A stretch of 64,000 bases of DNA from Camelus ferus (taxonomy: Eukaryota), in assembly GCF_009834535.1 (NCBI RefSeq), contig NC_045707.1, positions 51,462,001 through 51,526,000 on the forward strand, given 5' to 3'. The first letter of the stretch is position 1. Each line of letters opens with the position of its first letter. Under the pieces are notes generated by a model. It saw only the letters and a list, made by a program, of their open reading frames with translations. It was not told where the DNA came from and made no database searches. A program made the translations under genes and the position numbers. Of the stretch, positions 41,008-52,889 are shown piece after piece.

Positions 41008-42623
41008 TCTCTCTATATTTCTATTTGTATATGTATAATATTATATATTATAATTACATATAATATATATTTACATATGTATATATGATTTAAGGATATG
41101 ATACATGATTTTGGGCCACACAGAAAGCAACAGCCTAGAGTAGGCTTATTATTTAGTTGCCTGACTGACATGATCCCGTTTCTTCAAAATAAGGAGAAAA
41201 AGTTGGATGATGATATAGCATCATTCTTCCTTCTTTAGGATTTAGAGTGATTCCTATATTTGATCTCTACACATTGTAGGCACAAGTGTACAAATTTACT
41301 GCGTAATAGTAGCAACTGACAATTTGAATAGTTTTAGATAGAGCAAGGATAATTGCTGCATGCAAACACATACACACACATACTTCAAGTAGTTAAAACA
41401 TCTGCTTGACTTTCCTCACAGTCATTTCTTTTCGCGCAAGAAATTATCTTCTGTTGTTTCAAAGCATTTGAGCATTGAGGTGTTCTGCTTAATTGAGTGT
41501 GATGGTTAAAAAGAGCATCTACAGCTGGATTGCCAATTAAAAAAAATGGGCCACTGTATAATTCATACAGAATACATTAAACATAAACATAATGTTTGCT
41601 GAAGCCATCATGTTCATCATTACTATTTCCCAAGTACTTTTAATGTAGTAATTTAAATACTGGGAAAACAGTCTTATTTACATAGAGCTATGTGAAGCAA
41701 ATAACTAAATGATACTTTTAAAAAATGCTATATAGCTTTCTTTTCTTCCTGGGCTAGCATTTTTCTATTATACAGTAGTCTCCAATTTAGGAGATGATTG
41801 GTATCATCAGATCAGTTTTTAAGCATCTGAAAATACCTTTGGCAACACTTGTGATAACTTTGGTTCCAGTTATTTATTGTGCTTGGTGCTTAAGAAATTA
41901 ATTTTTTGCAGAAAGTACAAAAATTTACACTCAGTGTATGAATAAATATTAATATTTTACATTTCCTGAAGGCAGCTGTAATTAGAAAAATATCTGAGTA
42001 AACTGAAATGTAGATAACAATTCCTTAATTTTTTAGAAATGCAACTTGTTTGGTATTATTTACATATGACTATAAATGTTACTGGAATAAGTAACTTTTG
42101 TCTCTATTGATGCTGTAATCCATGTGGTTAAGCTGAGTTTATTAGGGGATGGTTTAATTAATTCAAAGTGGTACTGATAAGGCTGAGGTTATAAATTTAA
42201 TTTGTATGTAGGCCAGTGAGATTTTACACAAGGAAGGAAGAACTGTTTTATAGGCATACAACTATAACCTTAATAGTATATTGCCCTGAATACATGACCT
42301 GATTCACATATCATGAAAATTATTAACAGACTGCTAATTGTTTCTTTCCATCAAATTTGTAAATTTAAGAATAACGTTTTGATATAAAATTGCTGATAAG
42401 TTTTTGAGCAGAACAAGTATTGAATGAGAAAGGAAAATCATGGGTCAAAATCACTAATAAAGGTGCACATTTCTAAATAAAAATATTAGCAAACTAAATC
42501 CAACAATGCATTAAAATACACACACACACATCATTCTTGATGGAAATATATGACACATTAAATGATCCAGATGGATCAGTTCACGGATATTGATGGCCAC
42601 ATATGAGCATGTCTCTTCGCTAC

Positions 42624-44378
42624 AGATATCCCATGCTCCTGGATTGGAAGAATCAATATTGTTAAAATGGTCATACTGCCCAAGGCAATCTACAGATTTA
42701 ATGCAATCCCTATCAAATTACCCAGGACACATTTCACAGAACTCGAACAAATCTTACAATTTATATGGAACCACAAAAGACCTAGAATTGCTAAAGCATT
42801 ACAGAAGAAAAACAAAGGGGCTGGAGGAATAACTCTTCCAGACTTCAGACAATACTACAGAGCTACAGTAATCAAAACAGCATGGTACTGGTACAAAAAC
42901 AGACATATGGACCAATGGAACAGATTAGAGAGCCCAGAAATGAACCCACAAACTTTTGGTCAACTAATCTTCGACAAAGCAGGCAAGAATATACAATGGA
43001 ATAAAGACAGTCTCTTCAGCAAATGGTGTTGGGAAAACTGAACAGCAGCATGTAAATCAGTGAAGCTAGAACACTCCCTTACACCATACACAAAAATAAA
43101 CTCAAAATGGATCAAAGACTTAAACATAAGACAAGATACAGTAAACCTCCTAGAAGAAAATATAGGCAAAACATTATCTGACATACATCTCAAAAATGTT
43201 CTCCTAGGACAGTCTACCCAAGCAATAGAAATAAAAACAAGAATAAACAAATGGAACCTAATTAAACATACAAGCTTCTGCACCACAAAGGAAACCATAA
43301 GTAAAACAAAATGACAACCTACAGAATGGGAGAAAATTTTTACAAATGAAACCGACCAAGGCTTGATCTCCAGAATATATAAGCAGCTTATACAACTTAA
43401 TAAGAAAAAAACAAACAACCCAATACAAAAATGGGCAAAAGACCTAAACAAGCAATTCTCCAAGGAAGAAATACAAATGATCAATAGGCAAATGAAAAAA
43501 TGCTCAATATCACGAATTATCAGAGAAATGCAAATCAAAACTACAATGAGGTATCACCTCACACCAGTCAGAATGGCCATCTTTCAAAAGTCCACAAATG
43601 ACAAATGCTGGAGAGGCGGTGGAGAAAAGGGAACCCTCCTATACTACTGGTGGGAATGCAGTTTGGTGCAGCCACTGTGGAAAACAGTATGGAGATTCCT
43701 CAAAAGACTAGGTATAGACTTACCATATGGCCCAGGAATCCCGCTCCTGAGCATGTATCCAGAAGTAACCATACTTCACAATGACACCTGCACCCCAGTG
43801 TTCATAGCAGCACTATTTACAATAGCCAAGACATGGAAACAGCCTAAATGTCCATCAACAGATGAGTGGATAAAGAAGATGTGGTATATTTATACAATGG
43901 GATTCTATTCAGCCATAAAAACTGACAACATAACGCCATTTGCAGCAAGATGGATGTTACTGGAGAATGTCATATTAAGTGAAGTAAGCAAGAAAGAGAA
44001 GGAAAAATACCATAGGAGATTTATCATATGTGGAATCTAAAAAATAAATAAATAAATAAATAAATTCAAAACAAAACCAGACTCATAGACATAGAATACA
44101 AACTTGTGGTTGCCAAGGGGGTGGGGGGTGGGAAGGGACAGACTGGGATTTCAAAATGTAGAATAGATAAACAAGATTATACTGTATAGCACAGGGAAAT
44201 ATATACAAGATCTTGTGGTAGCTCACAGCAAAAAAAAAAATGTGACAGTGAAGATATATATGTTCATGTATAACTGAAAAATTGTGCTCTACACTAGAAT
44301 TTGACACAACATTGTAAAATGACTATAACTCAATAAAAAATGTTTAAAAAAATAATATGAAAACAAAACAAAACAAAA
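42624..44378 (+). mobile_element. Relatively young 5'-truncated L1: ORF2 C-terminus and 3' UTR
   Basis: Three ORF-track pieces in one frame ([52 protein letters not shown]) separated by TGA stops; degenerate CCHC knuckle; G-rich 3' UTR tract; AATAAA and A-rich tail. Confidence 0.97.
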
Positions 44379-44392
44379 TCATTTCCCACATA

Positions 44393-44858
44393 AGGGCACA
44401 CCTGTGGGTTCGGTTCCAGACCACTGCAAAAAAGCAAATATTGCAGTGAGGCAAGTCACACGGGTTTTTTTGGTTTCCTAGTGCATATAAAAGTTATGTT
44501 TGCACTATACTGGGGTCTATTACATGTACAACAGCATTATATCTAAAAAATGTACACACCTTAATTAAAAACTACTTGACTGCTAAAAAATGCCAAAGCA
44601 ATCACAATAGTAACATCAAAGATCACTAATCACAGATTACCATAACATAATTAATGGTAATTGCTGTAACATAATAATGAAAACTTTTGAAATATTAAGA
44701 ATATTACTGAAATGTGACAAGAGACATAAAATGGACAAATGATATTAGAAAAATGGTACCAATAGAGTTGCTGGACTCAAGGTTGCCAGAAACCTTCAAT
44801 TTGTTAAAAAACAAAACAAAACACTATCTTTAAAGCACAATAAAACAAGGTTTGCCTA
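44393..44858 (-). mobile_element. Non-autonomous internally deleted Tigger1 (Tigger1a-type MITE)
   Basis: TA flanks; decayed TIRs agggcacacct / aggtttgccta; left part is homologous to 20348-20530, right part matches the opposite Tigger1 end. Confidence 0.9.
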
Positions 44859-45835
44859 TAATAATGTAAAATTCAAGGCAATCCGAGCTAGAATTTCACC
44901 ACTTTTAAAATTTGATCTGTTCTTCTCCTTTTGGAGTTAGGTAGAATAAATTAATATTTAAATGAATAACAAATGCAGGAGAATATCTAGGAAACAATGA
45001 AAATGAGATTAGTAGGCAGAGTTCTTGGCCTGTTGTTAGAATGTACCCTAACATCAAGGCCATTCTGTCAATACGATTTTGGTATAGGGTTAAGAGAATG
45101 GATCAAGATCATAGAAGAAAGAATTCAGAATTGGAAACAATTATGCATTTGACATGACTACTGACTGACTCAATTAGATGCTCCTTTACTTGGAAGTGAT
45201 GAAAATACTCACAAGACACACTACGTTCCCAGTTTACGTGGCCATATCACGGATACAACAGACAGTGGAGCTCCTGGTGAATCAGCACCTGCAGCAAGAA
45301 TCAGCGCCGTTAGCAGTTTATCAGACTCAGCTGACTGGTCACTCCACTCCAAGGACCAAAGATTTACACTCTCTATATGAAAAAAATATAAATATTTCAC
45401 AATACATTTCTTGAAGACAGTTATAATTTAAAATATATCCAAGTAAACTGAAATGGAGATAATAATTCTGTAATTTTTTAAAAAAATGCAACATCTTGGA
45501 ATTATTTATTTTTATGTCATTTTACGATTTTATTGGAATAATTATATACACAAAATGCCAACAAAGTATTGGTTGCACGAAATATGTTGGAAGTTTGCAT
45601 AGACCAATTCAACTCAGAGGAGCTGCCAACTCCATCCTTACTGATCTTTTATTCGTACTTATTGCATAGAATACTTACCAACTTGATTCCCTCTAAATGC
45701 AGCTATAGGCCGTTAATGGATCATTTCACTTGACAATTATGATAACCAGATACAATCTGAATATTTCATATTGATTTAATTTAGCACATACCAGGCAAAT
45801 CCAGAATCATACCTCCAGACATCCCTGGGCCTAGG

Positions 45836-46018
45836 AAGGGTTTCTCAGTCTTACCACTATTGACATGTTAGGCTGGGTAATTCTTTGTAGAGGGGATTGG
45901 AGGCAGGGATGTCCTTTGCTTTGTGAGATGCTCAGCAGTATTTGACGCTCTACCCTTCAGGTTGTGGCAACCTTAAGAGTCCCCAGAATGTAAAATCACC
46001 CCTATTTGGGAACTACTG
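45836..46018 (+). mobile_element. MER20 (hAT-Charlie)
   Basis: ggtttctcagtcttaccactattgacat...ggtaattctttg...aaaatcacccctatttgggaactactg. Confidence 0.85.
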
Positions 46019-47210
46019 ATTTGGCATGAGAGTTCTATTCACACTTTACCCTTACATTTTAAAGTTGAAGTTAATATTTGACAAAGATAATAGTTTAATT
46101 CACTAGGAAAGAATGAATTGCTTAATAAATTGTGATAACACAACAGGCTATCTTTCTGGGAAAAATAAAAGTGGGCTTATTCACCACACAAAATGATAAA
46201 ATGTAGATGAACCAAGTGATCAAATATTAAGCCTAAAATAATTAAAATATTGAAAGAAATACAAGCAATAATATGCAAAATGTAAATGCAGGAGGAAACT
46301 TTCTAATTAAGCCTGGAAATTCGGATGCCATTACAAGAAAAGATAGACATATTGAGTGTATTACAACTTGAAATTCCAGCATGCCAAAAAACACAATGCA
46401 CAAATTCTATATACAAATGAAACTATGGATATAATATTAGCAATATAGGTAATAGTCAAAGGGTTAATGTATATAATATACACAGAGCTCTTGCAAATTG
46501 ACAAGAAAAATGCAACTATAGTAAAAGAGCAAATAAGAATAAGCTTTTTGGAACAAATCCAAAAAGCCAACAATCTTATAAATAGATACCTAACTTCAGC
46601 AGTGATTAAATAAATGCAAACTAAAGTTATAAAAAGTAATCCTTGTACTTTTCAGATTCTTAAAAAGTAAAACAGTAATAAAACATATTACTTCTACTTT
46701 ATAGGATCATATTTTATGATGTTGGAATTATAAAGCTTTTCTTAAACATGGCATTAAAAATGTAAATCATACTGTGTAACTTACTGATTTTTCTACACTA
46801 AATTTAAAAAGTATATAAAACAAATACAACATAAAGTTACAATAAGGTAGAAATTGAAAAAAGATATATACAGCACAGGTAATAATAACTAAGAAAAAAG
46901 GCTGGTGTTCCAAATTCTGCAGTGCAGGATAGGGAAAAGTTACAAATCCAATAAAAAAAATCTGTGGACATGATAGGAATGGGTAATACACAGAAAAGGA
47001 AGCTTTAATTGCCAATAACAATTACAGACACACTTGCATTTTACTAATAATTGCCTTAGAGAATCATTTTCACATAGATACAAAATTATATAGGCACAAA
47101 GGGTGTTCATAAATAGTACTCCTTATAATAGAGAACATTTAGAAAAATAATCTCATTATTTATCTCCAGTAGAATGCACAAAATTTAGTTCTATCCTATA
47201 GTGGATTATT

Positions 47211-47334
47211 CTTTCAGAGGAACCCAGAAAAAGGAACACAGCATAATCCCAAAGCTATATTCACTCATTCATCTTTCAGAGGAACCCAGAAAAAGGAACA
47301 CAGCATAATCCCAACGCTATATTCACTCGTTCAT
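47211..47334. repeat. 62-bp tandem duplication
   Basis: 47211-47272 vs 47273-47334, two mismatches. Confidence 0.97.
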
Positions 47335-48496
47335 CCGTTTACATTATCATACAGGCAAGACAGTTTTAGTGAGTGCCTAACAATGTGTCAGTCACTATTG
47401 TACAAGATGAGGCTGTATCTGTTGGGGGAAAAAGACAGAATTTACCTTCTGCTGTATCTATTAAATTGTGTTTGTGTGTCTGAAGAAATATTTACCAAAT
47501 TTGTATCTTAGTAGTTGGTACCTGTGTGTTTTATCTTTCTATTGAAGGCACTGCAACAAAGGGAACAACATATTATGAAACTGGCCCATTTAATCATCAA
47601 CAGTTTTATGAATCAAATGTTAATCTCACTTTGCAAATGGGGCACTAAAGCTTTCAGAAATTTTGCAGCTTTCACACAGCTAACAAGCAGTGGAGTTAGA
47701 TCTGAACTCAGAGAATCTGATGCCAAAGTGTGGGTGTGTAACTTCATGTGATAAGACAGGAAAGGAAGGGAAGTGGTGGCTGCAGTCCCGTGACCTGCTC
47801 TCCACGCCTTGGAGATGTGAGAGGCAACTTCTGGCTTTGACTAGACCTCATCAACACTGTGTTGTCATTTCCTAGCATAGGGATAACAAAGGAAGTCATT
47901 ATCAAAGAATGTTTTTAGCAGGATATAACTGGTCTGTCACCAGTGCTTTTTGTAAACACACCTGGAACTGTGGACTTGTGGAATGCCATTGGTCAAAGGA
48001 CAAAAATTAGAGATGTGGACTCTCAGTCAGAATGAATAATGAAATATAAACACAAAGAAGGCCAAATCCGAGAAGCTTTCTTGTCTCTAAGCCTTGCTAC
48101 ATGCATCATTAGATCTCATCTGTTACTATGAGATGACAGACATGTCTCTGGGCAGAAAAGGGAATTTTTATTTTGAAGCTGTGTTTGATGGTTTAGATCC
48201 CTTCAAGAAACCAGTGCTTTGATCCTTCATCTGTGCCTGCTGTTTGTGTCCTCGTCTAATCATTAGTGAATTTTTGTACTGGTTAAGATCATGATTGTGT
48301 GAGTTGCTTTGACCAGTCAGTACATTTCTGCGTGCAGCTTCCTGGCATAAGTCAGAAAGGGGAAAAGGCCTATCATTCAGTTCAGACAGCATTTCTGATT
48401 ACTTTGCTACTTATGAGACTTAAGTCCAAAAATTACAAGCCTCCAGTGATCTGGTTTATACAGAAAAAAGCCTATGGTTACACAAAGCAAGTGGTT

Positions 48497-48563
48497 ACAC
48501 TTAAAAGTGGTTAAAATGGTAAATTTTATGTTACATGTATTTTACCACACTTAAAAAAAAAAA
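48497..48563 (+). mobile_element. Very short L1 (L1MB-type) 3' tail insertion
   Basis: acacttaaaagtggttaaaatggtaaattttatgttacatgtattttaccac plus poly(A); TSD aaagcaagtggtt / aaagcaaagggtt. Confidence 0.8.
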
Positions 48564-49856
48564 AAAGCAAAGGGTTGTAGCATAGATGATAGTTCTTTCT
48601 GGCTGTGTGTGTGTGCACTCACGTGGCCTCTTAATGTATGTGTTCACACTCATGACCGTTGATGCTAGAACTAGGCTTCTTGGTGGATACTGTCTTCTTT
48701 TTTATCTAGAAGCTAAAACAACAGGAGCCTTCAGTCTGTTTACCCTTCACTGAAAGTAAGCTCACACACTCTCCTATTCTGTTTCTTAACAGGTACACAA
48801 ATGTCTATCACATCTTTAAGTTGCAATAAGAAAAAAATTTTGCAAAATTTTTTTTTCTGCAGTTTGTCTCTTGCTTATCTGAAAGACCTTGGACATACAC
48901 TTTCCAGACAACTAAATTATTATTTTTTCTCTATCCCACAGAGTTAAAGACCCCAAAACACTTTTTGGGTGACAGATCTTTAAACTGAATTCAGAAACTT
49001 GATTACCAGGTTAGGGTTTTTGTAACTGAGAGCATGGGATTTGTCTTTAGACCAATGTGTGCATGTAGACAACAGGCCTTATTTTTCTTTCACTGAGGTG
49101 AGAATGATAATTATATTTTAGTTGAATACTGGGAATAGGAGTAATGGTGAAATGTGGAAATAAGAAAATAAGAAATCTTCAATTCTGAAAATAAAGGAGA
49201 GAGGAGACCTAGACAACAGAGAGCTGGCTTGAATCAAAAACTTACTCAATTAGCTAGACCAAATAAATAGTGTGCATATAAGAACTATGCGACTATAATC
49301 CACCTGATCTTTATAGACTTTACTGTTGGCGGTCCAAGTAGGAAAGTGTTGATTTTCCACAGGACAGGACACAACCAAATTATAATAAACATAGGACTAC
49401 TAGAGTGAACTAATACGCATGATACATTTAAAAATGTAATTATCTCAGATGTAATTATCTAGATCTTAGATTTAATTCCCTTTTACAATGTAAATGGAAA
49501 GTAAAAATCTGGCATATATATATATTTTTAAATCAGGGCATTTTCATTATTAAATTCTTGGCATAAGATAAAGTTTCTATAGCTTTTACATATCAAGGTT
49601 CAAGATGATATTGTGTAAAACATTTATAATATTTTCAGTAATATTTTGCCTCTCTCAATGTTCACAACTACTTTCAGACCACAGTAGCAGGTCCCGAAAG
49701 GCTTGTATTACAATTTACACGTTCAGTTCACTGTACTTAAACTCCTCTGTGACTGGATTACATGCACCTGTATTACCTGTTGGTGAATGGCTGCACGCCT
49801 GATAATGGTTGTGGCTGGGATGTATTGTAGCATTGCTGGGATAGGGCTCCTCTTAC

Positions 49857-49967
49857 CTGTGAAGCATTTCTGTTGCTGTAACACTGAGCACTGTTGCAAC
49901 ACAGACTATTTTCAATCTGTACTCTGGGGTAACAATAGTTTCTTGAACACTTTCCTAAAGATATTAT
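49857..49967 (-). other. Candidate exon (111 nt), gene unknown
   Basis: Acceptor tttctcttaccAG and donor CAG|GTAAGA on the minus strand; open in phase 0; peptide not recognised. Confidence 0.2.
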
Positions 49968-51184
49968 CTGGTAAGAGAAATATTGTAAAGCCAAAAATAT
50001 CAGGGGTTATAAAGCAAGATTAGTATGTAATTCAGTTATAAAGTCAATCAACCATGAGTCATAAATCCCTAAGAAAACAGGCTTTAATTAGTTTGGGTGC
50101 ACGCCTCATGAAACAACTTGTCAGGGAACTTAATTAATTTTATTTAAAAAAACAAAAACAAAAAAATAAAGTTTAGATTAGAGACAATAAAAAATCCCAG
50201 TGGCATTATGCCATTAATAGTCATTTTGTTGATATGTGTGACCCAGAATATTGTATTTTAGGATAATGCGTTACTAACCCATAGTTAATACTGAAGAATC
50301 TTTTTGTCTTTCTTGTATGCAGCCATCTTGCTTCACGCTATGCAATTTTAACTCAATGAGAGTAAAATTCTCCTTTGGAAATTATTCTTTCAAGTATGGT
50401 TGATAATTTAAGGGCATAAACTACCATTTAACCAAGCTATTTTGAGGAAGCATATAATTTGGGAGGACATTTCTCTCACTAAGTTGAAGCTAGGCTACAA
50501 TTCTCTTCTAGAATTCTGTCCATATTGATTATTTTTGTGCTAATGTGTCACTGCACTTCATAGTATATTTCACAATAGATTTTAATTGTAGTAAAATAAA
50601 AATTGGTTAAAAAGAAAAGACATATGAATATAATTTTAAACATTCATGAAAAGTTTCCTCACATACCATTTTCTTTTGAATGGGTCAAGTTGCATGATCA
50701 TGATTTTGACATCTGTTGTTTTAGTAACTTTCATTCAATAATTAAAACTTAATTTAAACATTATTTATTTTTCTTCTGACTAACCATTGAAATATGAGAG
50801 GAAGGTGTATTTACCACATTTTACAAGTGCTAATGAAACTAGAAATCTAAAAGTTCGGGGCAAACTAAACAGCACCCTAGAAATAGAAGTTTTCATGAAA
50901 TGTTTTCTGTTTCTTTTGGGGAGAGAATATTACCTTTGTGTTTAACTTTAGCCAATTATAAATTGCATTCCACACTTAAATTCTCATATTTCTCACCAAT
51001 ATTTAGAAACCTAATCATCATAGGTCCAAAGAGTAAGCAAAGTTTGAGATCATTTAAATTAAGAAAAATTATTAACAGAATCAATTGTGTAACAGCATAG
51101 TTATACAGGCACAGACACATGGATTTGGAAGTTAACCATGGTAAAGAAGAATAATTGGCAGAACACTTGGGGGAAAATTATATA

Positions 51185-51526
51185 TGTATGTATGTATTTA
51201 CTTAACTGAAGTATAGTCAATTACATTGTGTCAATTTCTGGTGTACAGCACAATGTCTCAGTCATGCAAATTCATACATATATTCATTTTCATATCCTTT
51301 TTCATTAAAGGTTATTACAAGATATTGAATATATTTCCCAGTGCTATACAGAAGAAAAGTTTTTAATCGATTTTTATGTATAGAAGCTGCTATCACTCAT
51401 ATGTGGAATCTGAAAAAGAAAAAAGAAGACACTAATGAATTCACCTACAAAACAAACAAACTCACAGACTTAGTAAACAATCTTATGGTTACTAGGGAAA
51501 AAGGGGGTGGGAAGGGATAAATTTGG
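51185..51526 (-). mobile_element. L1 3' end with 5' inversion (twin priming)
   Basis: Minus-oriented tail at about 51185-51384, then inverted plus-oriented piece at 51391-51526; TSD ggggaaaattat / ggggaaaagtat. Confidence 0.85.
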
Positions 51527-51552
51527 GGAAAAGTATTTAAAATCAGCAAAAG

Positions 51553-51554
<2 letters not shown>

Positions 51555-51583
<29 letters not shown>
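51555..51583. repeat. (TA)n microsatellite
   Basis: Direct reading. Confidence 0.95.
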
Positions 51584-51586
<3 letters not shown>

Positions 51587-51859
51587 GCATATTTTCTTTT
51601 TTAGTATTACTTAATAATTACTAGGTTAAATATATGAAATTGCTTTTTTTTCTGCAAATCAAAAGCTCTTGAATATTGGAAATTTCCAGTAGTTTAACTT
51701 AAGAATTAGGTACCATAGTTTATTTATTTTATCAGGAGACAGACTCCCCTTTAGCAATCAAATATTTATCCACTTGAAATTACCGCTTTTCAGCTGAAAT
51801 TAGAAAGTACTTAATCTTTAGAATTTTTCTTAATTGAAATGAGGGAGAAATATATTCTT

Positions 51860-52455
51860 AACATGACAGCCAGGATGACTCACTTGAAATATGTCAGATC
51901 ATGTTACTGCTCTATTCAAACCCTCCCTTAGCTGGCCATTTTATTCAGATTTAAAGTTTAACTTCTTAAAATGTTCTAGAAGGCCCTTCATGACTTGCCC
52001 CCTGCACTTTTTGACTTTTTGACTTCCTCTGCTACCACTCTCTCACATTGCTCTCCCACGTTGACCTTCTTGCTATTTCTTGAAAGTACCAGACACCCTC
52101 TCACTTCACTCAGGGATATTTCACTGTCTGTTTGCCCTGCCTAGAATGTTGTTTCTTCACATATGAGGATGGATTACATCCTTAGTTCCTCCAGGAATCT
52201 GCTCACTGTGAGGATGAGTATTTCTCTCAACATCTGATATTAAGTAGCATACTCACAAACATGGAATTTGTTATTCCCCTGTTTACTCTATTATACTCAT
52301 CTGTATCTAATGTAATACATATTTGCTCATTTATTTACTATTTGGATGGCTGTCTTCACTTACTAGAATTAAGCTCTGTGAAGGCAAAGACTTTGTCTTA
52401 TCTCCTGCTATGTTCTAAGATCCTAGCATATAGTTGATGCTCAATAAATAAATGA
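51860..52455 (+). mobile_element. L2 3' end
   Basis: cagatcatgttactgctctattcaaacc...ccctgcctagaatg...aagctctgtgaaggcaaagac...gctcaataaataaatg. Confidence 0.8.
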
Positions 52456-52889
52456 AAAAGTGACTACTTTGAATGATGAAAAGTCTCCTTTCCAGGGGAG
52501 GTGCTGGAGATGAGTCTTGAACTTTGTGACAAAGATCTAAGAATCTAGATTTAAAGGCTTTTCCCTAAAGCCTCTCCATTTTGAATTTTTTTTCCAAAAA
52601 CTTACCTTGCAAATAAGTTACTTTCAGTGAAAGGAGAAACAGATTTTGAAGAAATTGATATTAAGAATTTGTGTCTTTAAATTCTTAACTGACAATAATA
52701 TGACCTAGATTGGTAGAAACATGGGTTTGGAAAATGAACAGTGATGCTATTTCTTGAAAGAAAAACATTAAGAATACTGTGTTGAGAGGGAAGGACTGGA
52801 TCCAATGCATGATCAAGAACATGTAAAGACAGTATGCAGGAATAATTTAAAACTCAAAAGGAAAGCATATTATCCTCTCTAGAGATATT

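Larger units (their letters stand above)
42440..47205 (+). mobile_element. Ancient L1ME ORF2/3' host element interrupted by nested insertions
   Basis: Collinear decayed L1 pieces at about 42440-42620, 44860-45150 and 46065-47205. Confidence 0.6.

Noticed and set aside
42960..43538. 192-aa minus-strand ORF
   Set aside because: Antisense shadow of A-rich L1 ORF2, not an independent gene
42667..44040. Longest plus-strand ORFs as a functional gene
   Set aside because: 5'-truncated L1 ORF2 with two in-frame stops, a degenerate CCHC motif and no EN or RT core
44116..44137. G-quadruplex-forming tract
   Set aside because: Normal polypurine tract of the L1 3' UTR
45150..45830. Mitochondrial insertion (NUMT)
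   Set aside because: No resemblance to mitochondrial genes, tRNAs or control region that I can recognise
47211..47334. CRISPR-like array
   Set aside because: Two abutting copies without spacers in mammalian DNA
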